Positions 1 to 14,437 are shown, counted from the first letter of the stretch. The stretch: DNA of 64,000 bases from Eledone cirrhosa (GCA_964016885.1 OZ024745.1:114824001-114888000); one strand, 5' to 3'. The notes: generated from the sequence alone by a model not told the origin. Translations and numbers: made by a program.

Positions 1-790
1 TAGTAGGACAACTTCCTAGCAGTTGTTGATTTGGTAAAGACCTTCAATAGAGTGCCACACCTTTTTTCTGGTAACTTCTATGAAAACTAAGTGTAGATGA
101 ATGGCTTGTGAAAACATTGCAAACCATGTATAGAGATGTCACTAGTAAGGTGAGTGTTATCAATGGGTTCAGTGAGGAATTTAGCATGCTGATAGGTGTC
201 CACCAGTGTTTAGTTCTCAGCCCCTTCCTGTTGAATATGGTTCTCCAAGCCATAATTACTATATTTCTAATGAAATACACTGCCTGTATGTTTCATTTAA
301 TTTTGAAAATAACCAAAAATTTTGACAAAATTAATAAAAAGACAAAGTTTTCATTAATAAGCTAATATTTAGAATATTACTTAACAAAAATTTAAAAAAT
401 AAACTTATGAACAGTTTTGTATCATAAATCTAAGGTAGCTTTAGGCAGTTTGGTATCAAAAGAATTAATTTTGGCTGTCCATGGGAACATTTGGTTCTTG
501 TAACTGAATCTGTTGAAGTGTTAGAGAGGAGACTGAAAGGGGAAGCAAAAGAAGATAGAACTCTATGACTATGTAAGAAGTGGCCATGCTCCATATGTGA
601 AAATGAATTCAGATTCATAGAAGTGGGTACCTTCAGTTATCTATGTGACAATATTAGTAGTGTAGCAAGTGTTCTAGCACATGGTAACTAGAGTAAGAAT
701 GTGGTAGAAAGATTTAGGGAGATATTATAACTGTTGGCAACAAAGGGATTCTTTCCTTGAGTAAAAAGATGTTTGTGTAGGAAGAGTGGT
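1..790 (+). mobile_element. Degenerate RTE-type LINE reverse transcriptase fragment
   Basis: TMYRDVTSKVSVINGFSEEFSMLIGVHQ...LSPFL, GCPWE and KKWPCSIC pieces match the element at 59186-60652. Stops, frameshifts and an AT-rich interruption at about 265-470. Confidence 0.8.
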
Positions 791-1792
791 ATTAAGAATT
801 GCATGTACTAGCTATAAGCTAATAATCCCTTTGTGGACAGAAAACAAGTAATCTATCTCTGATGAGATATTAAAAAACACTGAAACTAGTCAGCTCGATA
901 TGTTTTTTTTTTTTTTGTGTGTGTGTGTGGGGGGGGGGGGACAATAAGTGAATTTCAGTGTGACACTAAGTCAAGTCATATATTCACTAAAGCCAAATTC
1001 ATAAATTTACCATATATTTCTACATGTGTGGGTGGGTGTGTCTATCAATTCTGTGTTTATTTCAAATAATATATTAAAAATGATGAAAAATAAAACAAAA
1101 ACAATATTTGAAATTTATATGAAATTAATTTTTTTTTAAATACCAGTGTAAACAGTTGTGTCCCCTAAAAACGATAATATCGATAATAATAGATACCAAA
1201 ACTTTTCATTTTTAATTGCTTCCCAAATCAAATGATATTTAAAATAAATTAACAGTAATTAAAAATATAGAAAAAGAAATATCAAAACCACACACACATA
1301 TATATAAATATATGTACATACATACATACATATATATATATATACATACATATATATATATACATACATATATATATATATATATAAATACATATACATA
1401 TATGTGTATATATGTGTGTATATATATACATATATATTTATACACACACATACATACATATAGATAGATATATAGTTGGTATATTACTAGTTAAAACCAG
1501 TAAGACCATTGTTCAGCCTAGTACTCTATATCATCATCATGAAACGCCCATTAAATGATGATATGTGTATATATATATACTTTCCCTTAGTATTTGCTGT
1601 TGTTGTCTACTGTAAGAGGCATACATACTGTCTACATGAATTGTTCGCAGTCATTTCTTCTAAATTTAGAGAGTCCACTCTGAAAGACAGAATTCATTTC
1701 TTGTATAACTGATTTGGAATAAAGTCCTACCTCAGATAATTCCACTTGTGCTGCCTTACTGCAAAAGTGCAAATGTAACTTTGCTAAATTCC

Positions 1793-1841
<49 letters not shown>

Positions 1842-2597
1842 CACAGTAAAGAGAGAAAAGCACATATATATGTGTGTGTGTGTGTGCTCAAATCATGAGG
1901 AATTTGATTATAAGGGGATATTGTGAGTTTTTAACTCAACATTTTAATTTGATATATTGGGCTCCTGTTCTTTAGTAGAACTATATTATGTTGAATGGTT
2001 CTTAACTGCTATTTTTAACAGTCAAACGATCTATCCACACAGAATTGGACGATCTACACGTGTCTTTCCTCTTTTAACACACGTGCATTTTTAGTCTTCT
2101 AATTATTATTTAGTTGTGATGAGCATATTTTTCAGAGACATCCAACGAGCAATACTTGATCTATCTCTCTTCACTTAATTGTGAAACAGTTCTATTTTGA
2201 ACATATCTGAATGTTAATAGTTATTATGGTTGGTTTGTATACTTTTAATTTGTATAAATCATTCTAACCGTAGTTAATATATTCATCACCTTGGTGGTTT
2301 TATATCCCTTATGATTTGAACACACACACATATTTATATATATATATATGTATTTCTCTCTTTACTGGGCTATTAAGAGCTTGGAATTTCTTCCTTCAGC
2401 TTATTTGATTATGATGGATTATTGTGAGTTTTTAACTCAACATTTTAATGTTATATTAAAGGGAGAGAGAGAGAGATGTAAAATCCCAACCATGACACCA
2501 AGCAGTTGGTACTTTACACATCTCTATACCTACTCTACATCTCCCCATGTATCAAGTACTCACACGATTAGTGGTTTCCTCAGTCCCAGCACCACAG

Positions 2598-2673
<76 letters not shown>

Positions 2674-3320
2674 AACATACATATATTAGGGTGGGTGAGA
2701 ATGAAAAAAATAAAATTCAGAAGTAAATCTAAATACAAAATAGACATTATATAGAAAAAGGGCTGAAAATGAGTGAATACAAGAATACTTTGAATGTGGT
2801 TGAATTCATGTTTTACATTTAAATTTTCTTTTTACTTTACACACATATATATATATACATATATATGAATGTAATACAAATTACCCTTATACCAGAATTT
2901 TTCCATTTTTTAAATTCATAACATTTGTGGCTGCATTTTTTGTGGCAAAAATAAAGAAATTCTTCTTATTATTATCATCATTATCATTATTACAATCATT
3001 CAAGTCTCTTTTTTTAGTGTGTGTGTATGTATGTGTGTGTTATACGTTTTTTTTTTTCATTTCTTTGGAATTTGAAATATTTTAAATAATTGTATTTTCG
3101 AAAAGAAAGTTGGAGTAAAAAAAAATTCAGCCTCAATCTGTTCTCTGTCTTATTCCATCATTCCTTACAGTAGGATTTTGAAAGATGTGTATTGGTACAT
3201 ATGATTGTATATATGTGTGTGAGTATGTATTTGTCTTCAGGTGTTAAGTGTGAATTTCTTTAGGCAGGAGTGTCTTTATATGCAAATACTAGACATATGT
3301 GCATTTTCTATGATGCATGC

Positions 3321-3357
<37 letters not shown>

Positions 3358-3879
3358 GAGAGAGAAATAAGAGTGTGTATTTATGTATAAGAGAGGACCT
3401 ATTTCAATGTGTATACATATATGTGTATGAATACATTTACATTTCTTTAAATATTCATGTACACACTTATGTGTATGCTGACATCTATGATTGTAAAAAT
3501 ATGCTTAACTGTATGTGTGTATGACTGCATTTGCTTACTTACATGCAGAGCATGATTGCATCTGGGTATAGAAGTGGTTCTATGTAGGAATGAGTGTTTG
3601 GAAACTTAACATAAAAAATGTTTAATATATGAAGAAAACAAGTGACAGAAACAAAAAGAGATGAGAGAGAGAGAAGGAAGGGGGAAAAGAGAGAGAGAGG
3701 GGTGAGGGAGAGAATATAAATGTTCATGTTATTATTATTGTTATTATTGTTGTTATTAAATACTTCTTTCCATGTTTGTATTTGATGAGTAAAAAAATTT
3801 CAGTATCCTGAATAAATTTTGTCCAATCTAGCTGTAAAGCACACACTGGAATAAAAGTATAATTAATGTCCTCATACAA

Positions 3880-3885
3880 AATATA

Positions 3886-3947
<62 letters not shown>

Positions 3948-4528
3948 TATATATGTGTGTATATATATATATATATATACATACACACACATATATATGC
4001 ATATATATGTGTGTATATATATACATATATATATGCATATATATGTGTGTGTATATATATACATATATATGTGTGTGTGTATATATATACATATATACAA
4101 TTAAACATATACATATATATATATTTACATATACATATATGTACACATACATATATACATACACATATATGTACACATACATATACACACACATATATAC
4201 ATACATACACATATATATACACATATATATATACATACACACATATATATATATATATGCACATATATACATATACATACACGCATATATATATATGCAC
4301 ATATATATATATATTCAATCACACACATATATATATACACCCACATATATATACATATATATACATATATATACACATATATATATACACACATACACCT
4401 ATATATACTTATATATAGATACACATATATACATATACACACATATATATACCTAGACGTATACATATATATACATATACACACACATATATATACACAT
4501 GCATATATACATGTATAATAGTGGTGCT

Positions 4529-4578
<50 letters not shown>

Positions 4579-4590
4579 TACATACATTCA
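3880..4590. repeat. Compound (TA/CA/TG)n microsatellite just 3' of the stop codon
   Basis: Direct reading. Confidence 0.95.
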
Positions 4591-4708
4591 CATATAGATG
4601 TGACACCAATGTCTGAATACAGTATGGAGTGGAAATGTCTCCCTCCAGACATGTTAATTACTTCCCAATGTCAGTGTCCAAAGTGTTGTCTCAGTCAGTT
4701 TTAGTTAT

Positions 4709-4908
4709 TTATTTGCTCATCATATTGCCAAAATCACTGAAGGCTTGGTTGGTCCGTTGTTGGAATGATGTTGGTGAATTCATCAGATTAGTCGGTATGC
4801 CTGCTGCTGCAGCTGGCATAGTGGAATTAGTTGCACCAGCTACTCCCATCTGGGGCATCATGCCAGTTGGAGCTCCTACTAAATTTCCAGTAGCCTGTGG
4901 CTGAATTC
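4709..4908 (-). CDS. CLINT1: CLINT1 last coding exon (GIQPQATGNLVG...TNQAFSDFGNMMSK*)
   Basis: tttacag| acceptor, phase 1, TAA at 4709-4711. Terminal QAFSDFGNMMSK parallels epsinR DAFANFANFSK. Confidence 0.93.
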
Positions 4909-5220
4909 CTGTAAATAGAATGAATATATAAATAAACATAAATATAAACAAATATACACAGAGGCAATAACAACACCCGATAGTGACTAAAGGTAGAATA
5001 TTAACACAAACAGAGTCAGATAGGAACACACGAACACACACCAAACTGAATACACACACAGAGACAACATATAAATAAATAAATGAAATAAAATAAGAAA
5101 ACATTACAGGAATACAATGGAAGAAAACATAGAAACATCACTGATGATGTCACAGTTGTGTGATGAAAGAATTCCGAGAAATTATATTTATATCTTTAAC
5201 TGTTGATTGCCAGCTGAATT

Positions 5221-5932
5221 CATCATCATCATCATCGTTTAACGTCTATCTTCCACGCTAGCATGGGTTTAGACGGGAATTGTCCCACTTGAGGCACGAT
5301 TGGTTGTCTTGCTCGTATAGGACTGTCTGGCAGGTTTTCTATGGCTGGATGCCCTTCCTAACACCAACCACGTTTACAGTGTGGACTGGGAGATTTTTAC
5401 CGTGTTACCTACACGGCCACATTACAGCATGGACTGTGTGTTTTTTTGTCGTGACACCTACACGACCTCATTTATTTAGGACTGGATGTTGTGGTACCAA
5501 CATAACTTTAGAGAGAAATGGGTGTGGGAGTTGGGGTAGTGGGATGGGGGTGTATTTTTGGTTAAGAGGTGCCTACTGACTGTAGGTATCGCTTTGTACT
5601 TAGGCAAGGCGGGTTTTCTGTATTACTGCGTAGCACCAACGATCTCGGTCCAGTGACATTGTCTTGGAGAGGTGTAAGTGTGTAAGGTCGGAATTTATCA
5701 AATCGTCCCAGGTTTTTCTGGGTCTGCCTACTCCGTAGCTTCCATCAATTTTGATCGTCCTGCACTTTTTTATACAGCTGTCGTCTTTCATGCGCATCAC
5801 GTGACCATACCAACGTAGTTTTCTTTCAAGTAAACAGCACCTGATCCCTCTTATTCCTAATTTCTCACTTAGTTCATTTATGCTTTGCCGTTCACGTATA
5901 TTACTATCACACATTCAACGGAGCATGCAAGC
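5221..5932 (-). mobile_element. 5'-truncated RTE LINE (ORF end, 3'UTR, (GAT)n tail)
   Basis: LRWYGHVMRM...GRPRKTWDDLI is the RTE C-terminal signature. Highly similar to 59186-59890. Confidence 0.92.
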
Positions 5933-6355
5933 TCCGTAAAAAATATATACTGAAACAAAAAACAACCCAACCAAACTGAGTGTGTTTTACTATATTTTTC
6001 TGCAATATTATAACAATATGACCCTTGCCGAATATAACAATAAATAAATACAGATATAAATAAATACCCTCCACCCAACAACCTAACGATTGAGGAGAAA
6101 ATAGGACACATAAGGAAAAATATGTAGGAAGATACAAATAGAGAAATAGAGATACACCCCCCCCCCCCACACACACAAACAAAACACAAAACATATAGAC
6201 GACAACATACAAGGACACACACACACACACAGGTGCAAATGTATGCACAAATAGAGAAAAACACCACAGAAAGACAAGATGGTGTAAAAAAAATGAGAGC
6301 GGAAAGAAGAGGAGACAGAGAGAAGAACATATGTCACAGAATATTATTATGGTTG

Positions 6356-6537
6356 CGGTGAATTGGCAGTATCGGTAGAGGGCTGGACGCCATGCTTTCT
6401 AGCATAGTTACGTCCCTTTACAGTCTGAGTTCAAATCCCGCCGAGGTTAACTTTGCCTTTCATCCTTACGGGGTCGATAAAATAAAGTACCAGTAATGTA
6501 CTGGCTAATTGCTGCACTTGTGCCAAAAGTAGAAACA
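6356..6537 (+). mobile_element. tRNA-derived SINE family A (Deu/Nin-like domain), with 13-bp TSD
   Basis: Box A-like tggcagtatcggt, box B gagttcaaatcc, gcctttcatccttacggggtcgataaaat domain. TSD attattatggttg at 6343-6355 and 6538-6550. Confidence 0.9.
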
Positions 6538-7067
6538 ATTATTATGGTTGATTCCTGTGGAGATCTACTACCCTTTTTGTTACTTTCCTGACTACCACTC
6601 ACCCCTTCCTCCTATTCACTGTACCACACCATGTGTATCAGAATTGTCCCCACCATCACCTTTTATCATTATCTCTCTTCCACCATGACACCTAAGTATT
6701 GAGTGATGGTTAGTCAGCAATGGAAAGACCAATGAAAAAATAGTTTCCTTGGTCTGATATGATGATCAGCTTCATTCCTTTTTCTTTTTTATATACAAGT
6801 TGATCAAAACCATTAAACGTCTTCTAATAAAAACAAAAAAAAATAAGAAACATTCACTCAGCCTGCAAGACATAGCAACCAAATCATTCCCACTTACTTA
6901 CCATAAACGAAACAAGATACATTGGATGGAGTAGTCTTAGATAAATTTGAAAAAACCCCAGCAATAGCTGAAATGTCACTGATCGTAGATTTGTTCTATG
7001 ATGGTTGAATTGATGGTAAACAACAACATGTAGCAAATAATGGGTAGAGCAAAACAACAATAGATAC

Positions 7068-7172
7068 CTGGTGAATTCCCCAAGTTAAGGGAACCCATTC
7101 TTTGATTAAGTCCTGAAGGTGCAGTATTTATTCCAGATGGAGCAGTTCCCATGAACTGATTATTACCTGTTC
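7068..7172 (-). CDS. CLINT1: CLINT1 exon (GTGNNQFMGTAPSG...MGSLNLGNSP)
   Basis: ttttccag| acceptor (second CAG 6 nt downstream), CAG|gtatct donor, 105 nt, phase 1-1. MGSLNLGNSP resembles epsinR FGAVNLSSP. Confidence 0.88.
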
Positions 7173-8039
7173 CTGGAAAAAAAATAATAAAAGGGATTTT
7201 GAAAAATAAAATAAAATACCAATAACAAATAGTGGTGTTGTGTGAGGTGAGAGAGAGAAAGGGGGAAAATATTATTTTCATATACTCTATAGCACATTGC
7301 TATTATCATTATTGAATTAAAAATGAACAAATTTATTAACTGATTTATATTACTAATGCTGTGTCATTTTAGAAAACCTATATATATATATATTATATAT
7401 TATATATACACACTATTATTTTTTCCTATTATATCAAGTGTTAAACTTATATATATCTTCATTGTACAGTATTGTTCTCCCACTAAGTTTCTAAGCTGTT
7501 AAGCATTGCTAGGTGATTTTAAACCCCAACCCTATAATAACACAACTAAAATATACATCACGATCAAAGGGTTGCTTAGTTTATATATGGTTCATCTGTT
7601 TATTAACAGTTTACAGAGTGCTGTGCATTTGTTACATTCTGAGTATACATGTCTATGTTGTGTGCAAAGGATGTAGAAAACAACAAACAACAATAAACAA
7701 TGATAATAATGGTTTCTAATAATAATACAGTGGTTGACTATTATTATGGTCATTTACATTGGAATGAACACATTTCAAATAATGATTTCTACTTTAGGCA
7801 CAAGACCAGAAATTTTGGAGACGGCAAATTCAATTAAATCAACCCCAGTACATGACTGGTACTTTATTTTATCCAATCGAAAGGCAAAGATGACATTAGT
7901 GGGATTTGAACTCAGAATGTTAAGCAATTGAAAAATACTACTACTACACATTTGTCCAATGCACTAACGACTATGCCAACCACCCACCCACCCACCCTCA
8001 TAATTAACTTCCTTCACACACTTTCAAATAATAATAATA

Positions 8040-8255
8040 ATGGTTTCTTATATAGGCACAAGGCCAGCAATTTTGGGGGAGGGGAAAATCGTTTAAATGG
8101 ACCCCAGCACGTTACTGGTACTTTATTTTATCGACCCCGTAAGGATGAAAGGCAAAGTCAACCTCGGCGGGATTTGAACTCAGACTGTAAAGGGACGTAA
8201 CTATGCTAGAAAGCATGGCGTCCAACCCTCTACCGATACTGCCAATTCACTGCCC
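8040..8255 (-). mobile_element. SINE family A copy (older copy at about 7785-7985; partial copy 8430-8578)
   Basis: Near-identical reverse complement of the 5' 140 nt of 6356-6537. Confidence 0.9.
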
Positions 8256-8739
8256 TTTACCAACATAAAGAACATTACTAGTTTTTTTTGGACTGTATTT
8301 TTCCCACCACCACCACACACTTTGATATAATAACCTTAGTGTTTATAGAGCTTTCAAAAAGATTTAGTTCTATTTTGAGAAGAGGTTTGACACCTATTGT
8401 GTGTGATGATTATTATTTGTCATCTTAAATAATTGTTTCTACTTTTGGCACAAGGCCAGCAATTACCCAGTGCATTACTGGTACTTTATTTTATCGACCC
8501 CGTAAGGGTGAACGGCAAAGTTAACCCCGGCGGGATTTGAACACAGAATGGCAAGGGCCGTAACTCTATGCATCAGAGCATCACACACAATAGATGTCAA
8601 ACCTCTTCTCAAAATAAAACTAAATCTTTTTGAAAGCTCTATAAACACTAAGGTTATTATATCAAAGTGTGTGTGGTGGTGGTGGGAAAAATACAGTCCA
8701 AGAAAACTAGTAATGTTCTTTGTGTTGGTAAAAGGCAGT
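8249..8739. repeat. Long inverted repeat, arms 8249-8408 and 8579-8739
   Basis: About 160-bp arms are reverse complements with few mismatches; the loop contains a SINE A fragment. Confidence 0.93.
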
Positions 8740-8774
8740 TGATAAAATTCATAAAGTATGTTACCTTCATGGAC

Positions 8775-8997
8775 ATGTAGCACATGAATATATCTTATTT
8801 TACAAATACTATGTCAAAGAGAGTCTAACTGACATACTGTCCAATGTAACATGTGGCACATGAACATATATATTACAAATACTATATCAAAGAGAGTCTA
8901 GCTGATATATCAGGCAATGCTACATGAGGTACACGGACATATCACATTTTACAAATATCATATCAAAGATAGTTTAGCTGACATAATCCAATGTTAC
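8775..8997. repeat. Minisatellite, 3 diverged units of about 71-76 bp
   Basis: catg..gcacatgaa...ttacaaatactat.tcaaagagagtcta.ctga...caatg repeated three times. Confidence 0.85.
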
Positions 8998-9751
8998 ACT
9001 AAAGTTAAAATTAAAGTCTGTTCCAAGCAATCAGGTACATCAAGCTGATGCTTATCTCTGGTTTCAGTGTTAAATGACTGAGAATACATGACTCCCTCCT
9101 GGTTAGGATGCCTATCTATCACAGGGTTAACTTCCAGTTAATTCTGGTACTCATTTTCAACTGAGTAAACAGGAGCAACATGAAATGAAATGTTTTGCTC
9201 AAGAACGTAATGTGCCACTGGGTCAAGGAATCAAATCTATAACATTATGATCTTAAGTCCAACACCTTAACCATTAACCCACATACCTTCACTTACACAA
9301 AAAGCTTCTTCAAAACATGAAGGCTGAAATATACTAATTTTTTCAGTTTCAATTCCTTAAATTTCTATTGGTGATAAATTAGCAGAGTCTTCAAGTTAAT
9401 ACAGGTGGCAAATTGGTAGAGATTTCTTGCAGTATTTCTTCCAGCCCCATTATTATTATTATTATTATTTGGCTTTCATCCTTCTTGGGTAGATAAAATA
9501 TAGTATCAGTTAAGTGGGAGGTAAAAATTAGTGGTCTTGTGCCTAAATTAGAAACAACATAGGACTAAAAGCCTAATATTTTGTTATTCCTTTGGCATTC
9601 TGAATTCAAATCATACCAGTATTGATAAGGTAAGTACTAAGCATGTGCTGAAGTCAACTCAATTGTCAGAAATTATCATTATTATATACAATATAGTTTG
9701 GTAGAAATATCCAAAGGTAAGAGCACTGAGTCCATAGGATGAGTTAAGTAT

Positions 9752-10142
<391 letters not shown>

Positions 10143-10148
10143 GTATAA

Positions 10149-10377
10149 TTTATTATGATTTGTACACACAATATTCTATTTGATTCATGAGCTAGCAAAG
10201 CCTGCAAAACTGCAAGCTAGAGATGTTAGTCATATGTTCAGGTGAATGTACATACAAAAATCTGTAAGCACATGTACCCTAGGATGAAACTAACATACAG
10301 AGCTTGCAGTTCTGCAAGCTTTGTTAGTTTATGAAACTATTGGTTCCAAATAGAATATTATTGTACAAATCAATAAA
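10149..10377. repeat. Imperfect inverted repeat
   Basis: gatttgtaca...aatattctatttg...aactgcaagct versus agcttgcagtt...caaatagaatatt...tgtacaaatc. Confidence 0.78.
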
Positions 10378-10482
10378 TAGATATTAGCTCTGTTTGCATA
10401 CATCGAGCATTCTTTCTGCTTCGTAGTTTCATAGTTTCATTACCCTCTCTCTCTATTTCTTTCTCACACACATGCACATATA

Positions 10483-10521
<39 letters not shown>

Positions 10522-10522
<1 letters not shown>

Positions 10523-10864
10523 CATCATCATCATCATCATCATTTTACGTCCACTTTTCCCTGCTTGCAAGGGTGGGATGGGAACTGATTCTGGCTTGAT
10601 TTCTACAGCTGGATGCCCTTCCTAACACCAACCTCATTTACAGTGAGTGCTGGGTGGTTTTTGCCGTGGCACCTACATGACCACTTTGCAGTGGAATGAT
10701 AGGGACTGGGGTCCCTATCATCTCATTTCTACAGCTGAGTAAACTGGAGCAATGTGAAATAAAGTGTCTTGCTCAAGGAAACAACACATCACCCGGTCTG
10801 AGAATTGAACTCCCAACCTTTCGATTGCAAGGCCAATGCTCTAACCACTAAGCCATGTGCCTCC
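10522..10864 (-). mobile_element. tRNA-derived SINE family B (CORE-like domain, RTE-derived tail)
   Basis: Head ggcacatggcttagtggttagagc...gagttcaattc; ccttgagcaagacactt CORE-like box; tail shares gctggatgcccttcctaacaccaacc and (GAT)n with the RTE LINE 3'UTR. Confidence 0.88.
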
Positions 10865-10893
10865 ATACATACATACATACATACATACATACA

Positions 10894-10951
<58 letters not shown>

Positions 10952-11682
10952 AAAGCTGAAATATTGCAGTGAACACAAATAAACAACAAAAAACAATCAA
11001 CAATGAAAAAATATTACATAACAACAAAAAATAAAAGATAGGCAAAGCTTTCCACTTCGCACCTTCAATTGTACAATAACAATGAAAATAAATATAAAAT
11101 AGTGCATCAGAAAAGTAGTAAAGAAAATAACCAAACCACAGAAGTCTTAAAAATATTTTGTATAAAGCTGATAATATTGACCACATGACACAAGTTTTTT
11201 TTTTTTAAAGCTTTAACTACACACATGCACACATACACATGCATGTGTTGTGTGGGTGGGTGTTTGTATATGCTTCTGTGAAGAATATAATTGAATAAGT
11301 TACAATTAATAATAAAAAAAAAAAAATACACACACGCACTACATAAAAGATGGCAGTTGAAAATGAATAATGACTATTGGATGCAGTGAAGAGAGAGAGA
11401 GGAGAGAGTTAGAGAGGGAGAGAAGGGGCCAAATTAAGACCTTTGGAAGCCCTATGCACTGAAAACATTATGATACCACCATATACCGAATATGGGAGGC
11501 AAAAACTTGAATATAGTGTACTGGAAAAAAATAACTATTGGGCCCTTCTTTATGAGAGAACCTATTAATGTGCATATTTTGCTTAATTCAGGGCTGTGTA
11601 TGTATGTATATATATATAATATGTATACATGTATGTGTATGTGTGTATCCCTGGTTCAATGGGGGGGGGGGGGGGGGTAATC

Positions 11683-12344
11683 ATATATATGCATACATAC
11701 ATACATACATATGTGTACATACATACATACGTATACATACATATGTATACATACATACGTATACATATATACATACGTATACATATATACATATGTATAC
11801 ATACATATACATATATACATATGTATACATACATATACATATATACATATGTATACATACATATACATATGTATACATACATATACATATATACATATGT
11901 ATACATACATATACATATATACATATGTATACATACATATACATATGTATACATACATATACATATATACATATGTATACATACATATATACATATACAT
12001 ATGTATACATACATATATACATACATATATATATATATATACATACACATATATATACATATGTATACATATATATATATATATATACATACACATATAT
12101 ATACATATGTATACATATATATATATATACATACATATGTATACATATATATATATACATACATATGTATTCATATATATATATATATACATACATATAT
12201 ATATATATACATACTTTATATATATATATACTAAATATATACATATATATATATACATATATATACATATATATACATACTATATATACATACTTTATAT
12301 ATATATATACATATATATACATATATATACATACATATATATAC

Positions 12345-12384
<40 letters not shown>

Positions 12385-12552
12385 ATACATACATATATAT
12401 ATACATACATATATATATATATACATACATATATATATACATACATATATATATATATATACATACATATATATATACATACATATATATATACATACAT
12501 ATATATATACATATATATATATATACATATATATATATACATACATATATAC

Positions 12553-12583
<31 letters not shown>

Positions 12584-12612
12584 CATACATATATATATAC
12601 ATACATACATAT

Positions 12613-12651
<39 letters not shown>

Positions 12652-12654
12652 TAC

Positions 12655-12685
<31 letters not shown>

Positions 12686-12746
12686 CATACATATATATAT
12701 ACATACATATATATATACATACATACATACATATATATATACATAC

Positions 12747-12787
<41 letters not shown>

Positions 12788-12810
12788 TACATATACATAT
12801 ATATATATAC

Positions 12811-12875
<65 letters not shown>

Positions 12876-12926
12876 TATACATATATATATACACATATAT
12901 ATATACATACATATATATACATATAC

Positions 12927-12973
<47 letters not shown>

Positions 12974-13354
12974 CATATACATACATATATATACATACAT
13001 ATATCATCATTCATCATCATTTCATTTTACATCCGCTTTTTCCCTGCTTGCAAGGGTGGGATGGGAACTGATGCTGGCTTGATTTCTACAGCTGGATGCC
13101 CTTCCTAACACCAACCTCATTTACAGTGAGTGCTGGGTGCTTTTTTGCCGTGGCACCTCCACGACCACTTTACAGTGGAATGATAGGGACACCAGTCCCT
13201 ATCATCTCATTTCTACAGCTGAGTAAACTGGAGCAATGTGAAATAAAGTGCCTTGCTCAAGGAAACAACACATCACCCGGTCTGAGAATTGAACTCACAA
13301 CCTTTCGATTGCAAGGCCAATGCTCTAACCACTAAGCCATGTGCCTCCATATAC

Positions 13355-13425
<71 letters not shown>

Positions 13426-13508
13426 CATATATATATATACATATATATATATACATATATATATATATACATATATATATACATATATATATACATATAT
13501 ATATATAC

Positions 13509-13597
<89 letters not shown>

Positions 13598-13734
13598 CAT
13601 ATATATACATACATACATATATACATATATATACATACATATATATATATACATATATATATACATATATATACATACATACATATATACATATATATAC
13701 ATACATATATACATACATATACTTACATATATAC

Positions 13735-13769
<35 letters not shown>

Positions 13770-13770
13770 C

Positions 13771-13807
<37 letters not shown>

Positions 13808-13846
13808 CATATACATACATATATATATATATACATACATATATAC

Positions 13847-13905
<59 letters not shown>

Positions 13906-13906
13906 C

Positions 13907-13963
<57 letters not shown>

Positions 13964-14037
13964 CATACATACATATATTTATATATACATATATATACAT
14001 TTATATACATACATATATATACACATATATATATATA
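11683..14037. repeat. Giant compound (TA)n/(TACA)n tracts (11683-13004 and 13349-14037) separated by a SINE
   Basis: Direct reading. Confidence 0.97.
13005..13348 (-). mobile_element. SINE family B copy, near-identical to 10522-10864
   Basis: Collinear over the whole length with few substitutions. Related heads at about 9140-9290, 17000-17120 and 24050-24196. Confidence 0.88.
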
Positions 14038-14249
14038 GTGAGAGAGAGGTGGAGAGAGATGTGTTCATATGAGACGTTTGTAAGATAAAGCCCTAAGGTA
14101 CCATCGGAGATCATCAGCTGAGGCAGGTAGGTAATAGAAAAAAATGCCAAAATAATTATTTTCAACTAACAAGAGACCATATGTTGAGTTTGTAGTTATA
14201 ATACCATAATAATAATTTTTTTTTTTTTAATCGTTGTTTTTTTAAATAA

Positions 14250-14437
14250 TTGTTTCTAAGTTTGGCACAAGGCCAGCAAATACCCAGTGCATTACTGGTA
14301 CTTTATTTTATCGACTCCGTAAGGATGAAAGGCAAAGTTAACCTCGGCGGGATTTGAACTCAGAATGGCAAAGGCCGTAACTCTATACGTCAAAGCATGG
14401 CGTCCGACCCTCTACCGATACTGCCAATCCACCGCCC
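14250..14437 (-). mobile_element. SINE family A copy
   Basis: Same consensus; flanked by ttgtttttttaaataat-like direct repeats (TSD). Confidence 0.9.

Noticed and set aside
3724-4652. Overlapping YIYI ORFs (also 14637-15256 and 40528-41173)
   Set aside because: Microsatellite artefacts.
5280-5579. Near-identical ORFs at 5280-5579 and 59076-59492 suggesting a small gene family
   Set aside because: Antisense translation of the RTE LINE 3'UTR.
8775-8997. Regularly spaced repeats resembling a CRISPR array (also 20050-20400)
   Set aside because: Whole units are tandem and diverged with no unique spacers; eukaryotic intron context with no cas genes.
10780-10864. tRNA-like sequence with A and B boxes
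   Set aside because: It is the head of a multi-copy SINE and continues into a CORE-like domain and LINE tail; not a tRNA gene.
11568-14088. Long ORFs of up to 504 aa rich in Y/I/H/T or Y/I/C/M/V
   Set aside because: Translations of (TA/TACA)n microsatellite, open in many frames on both strands; not genes.
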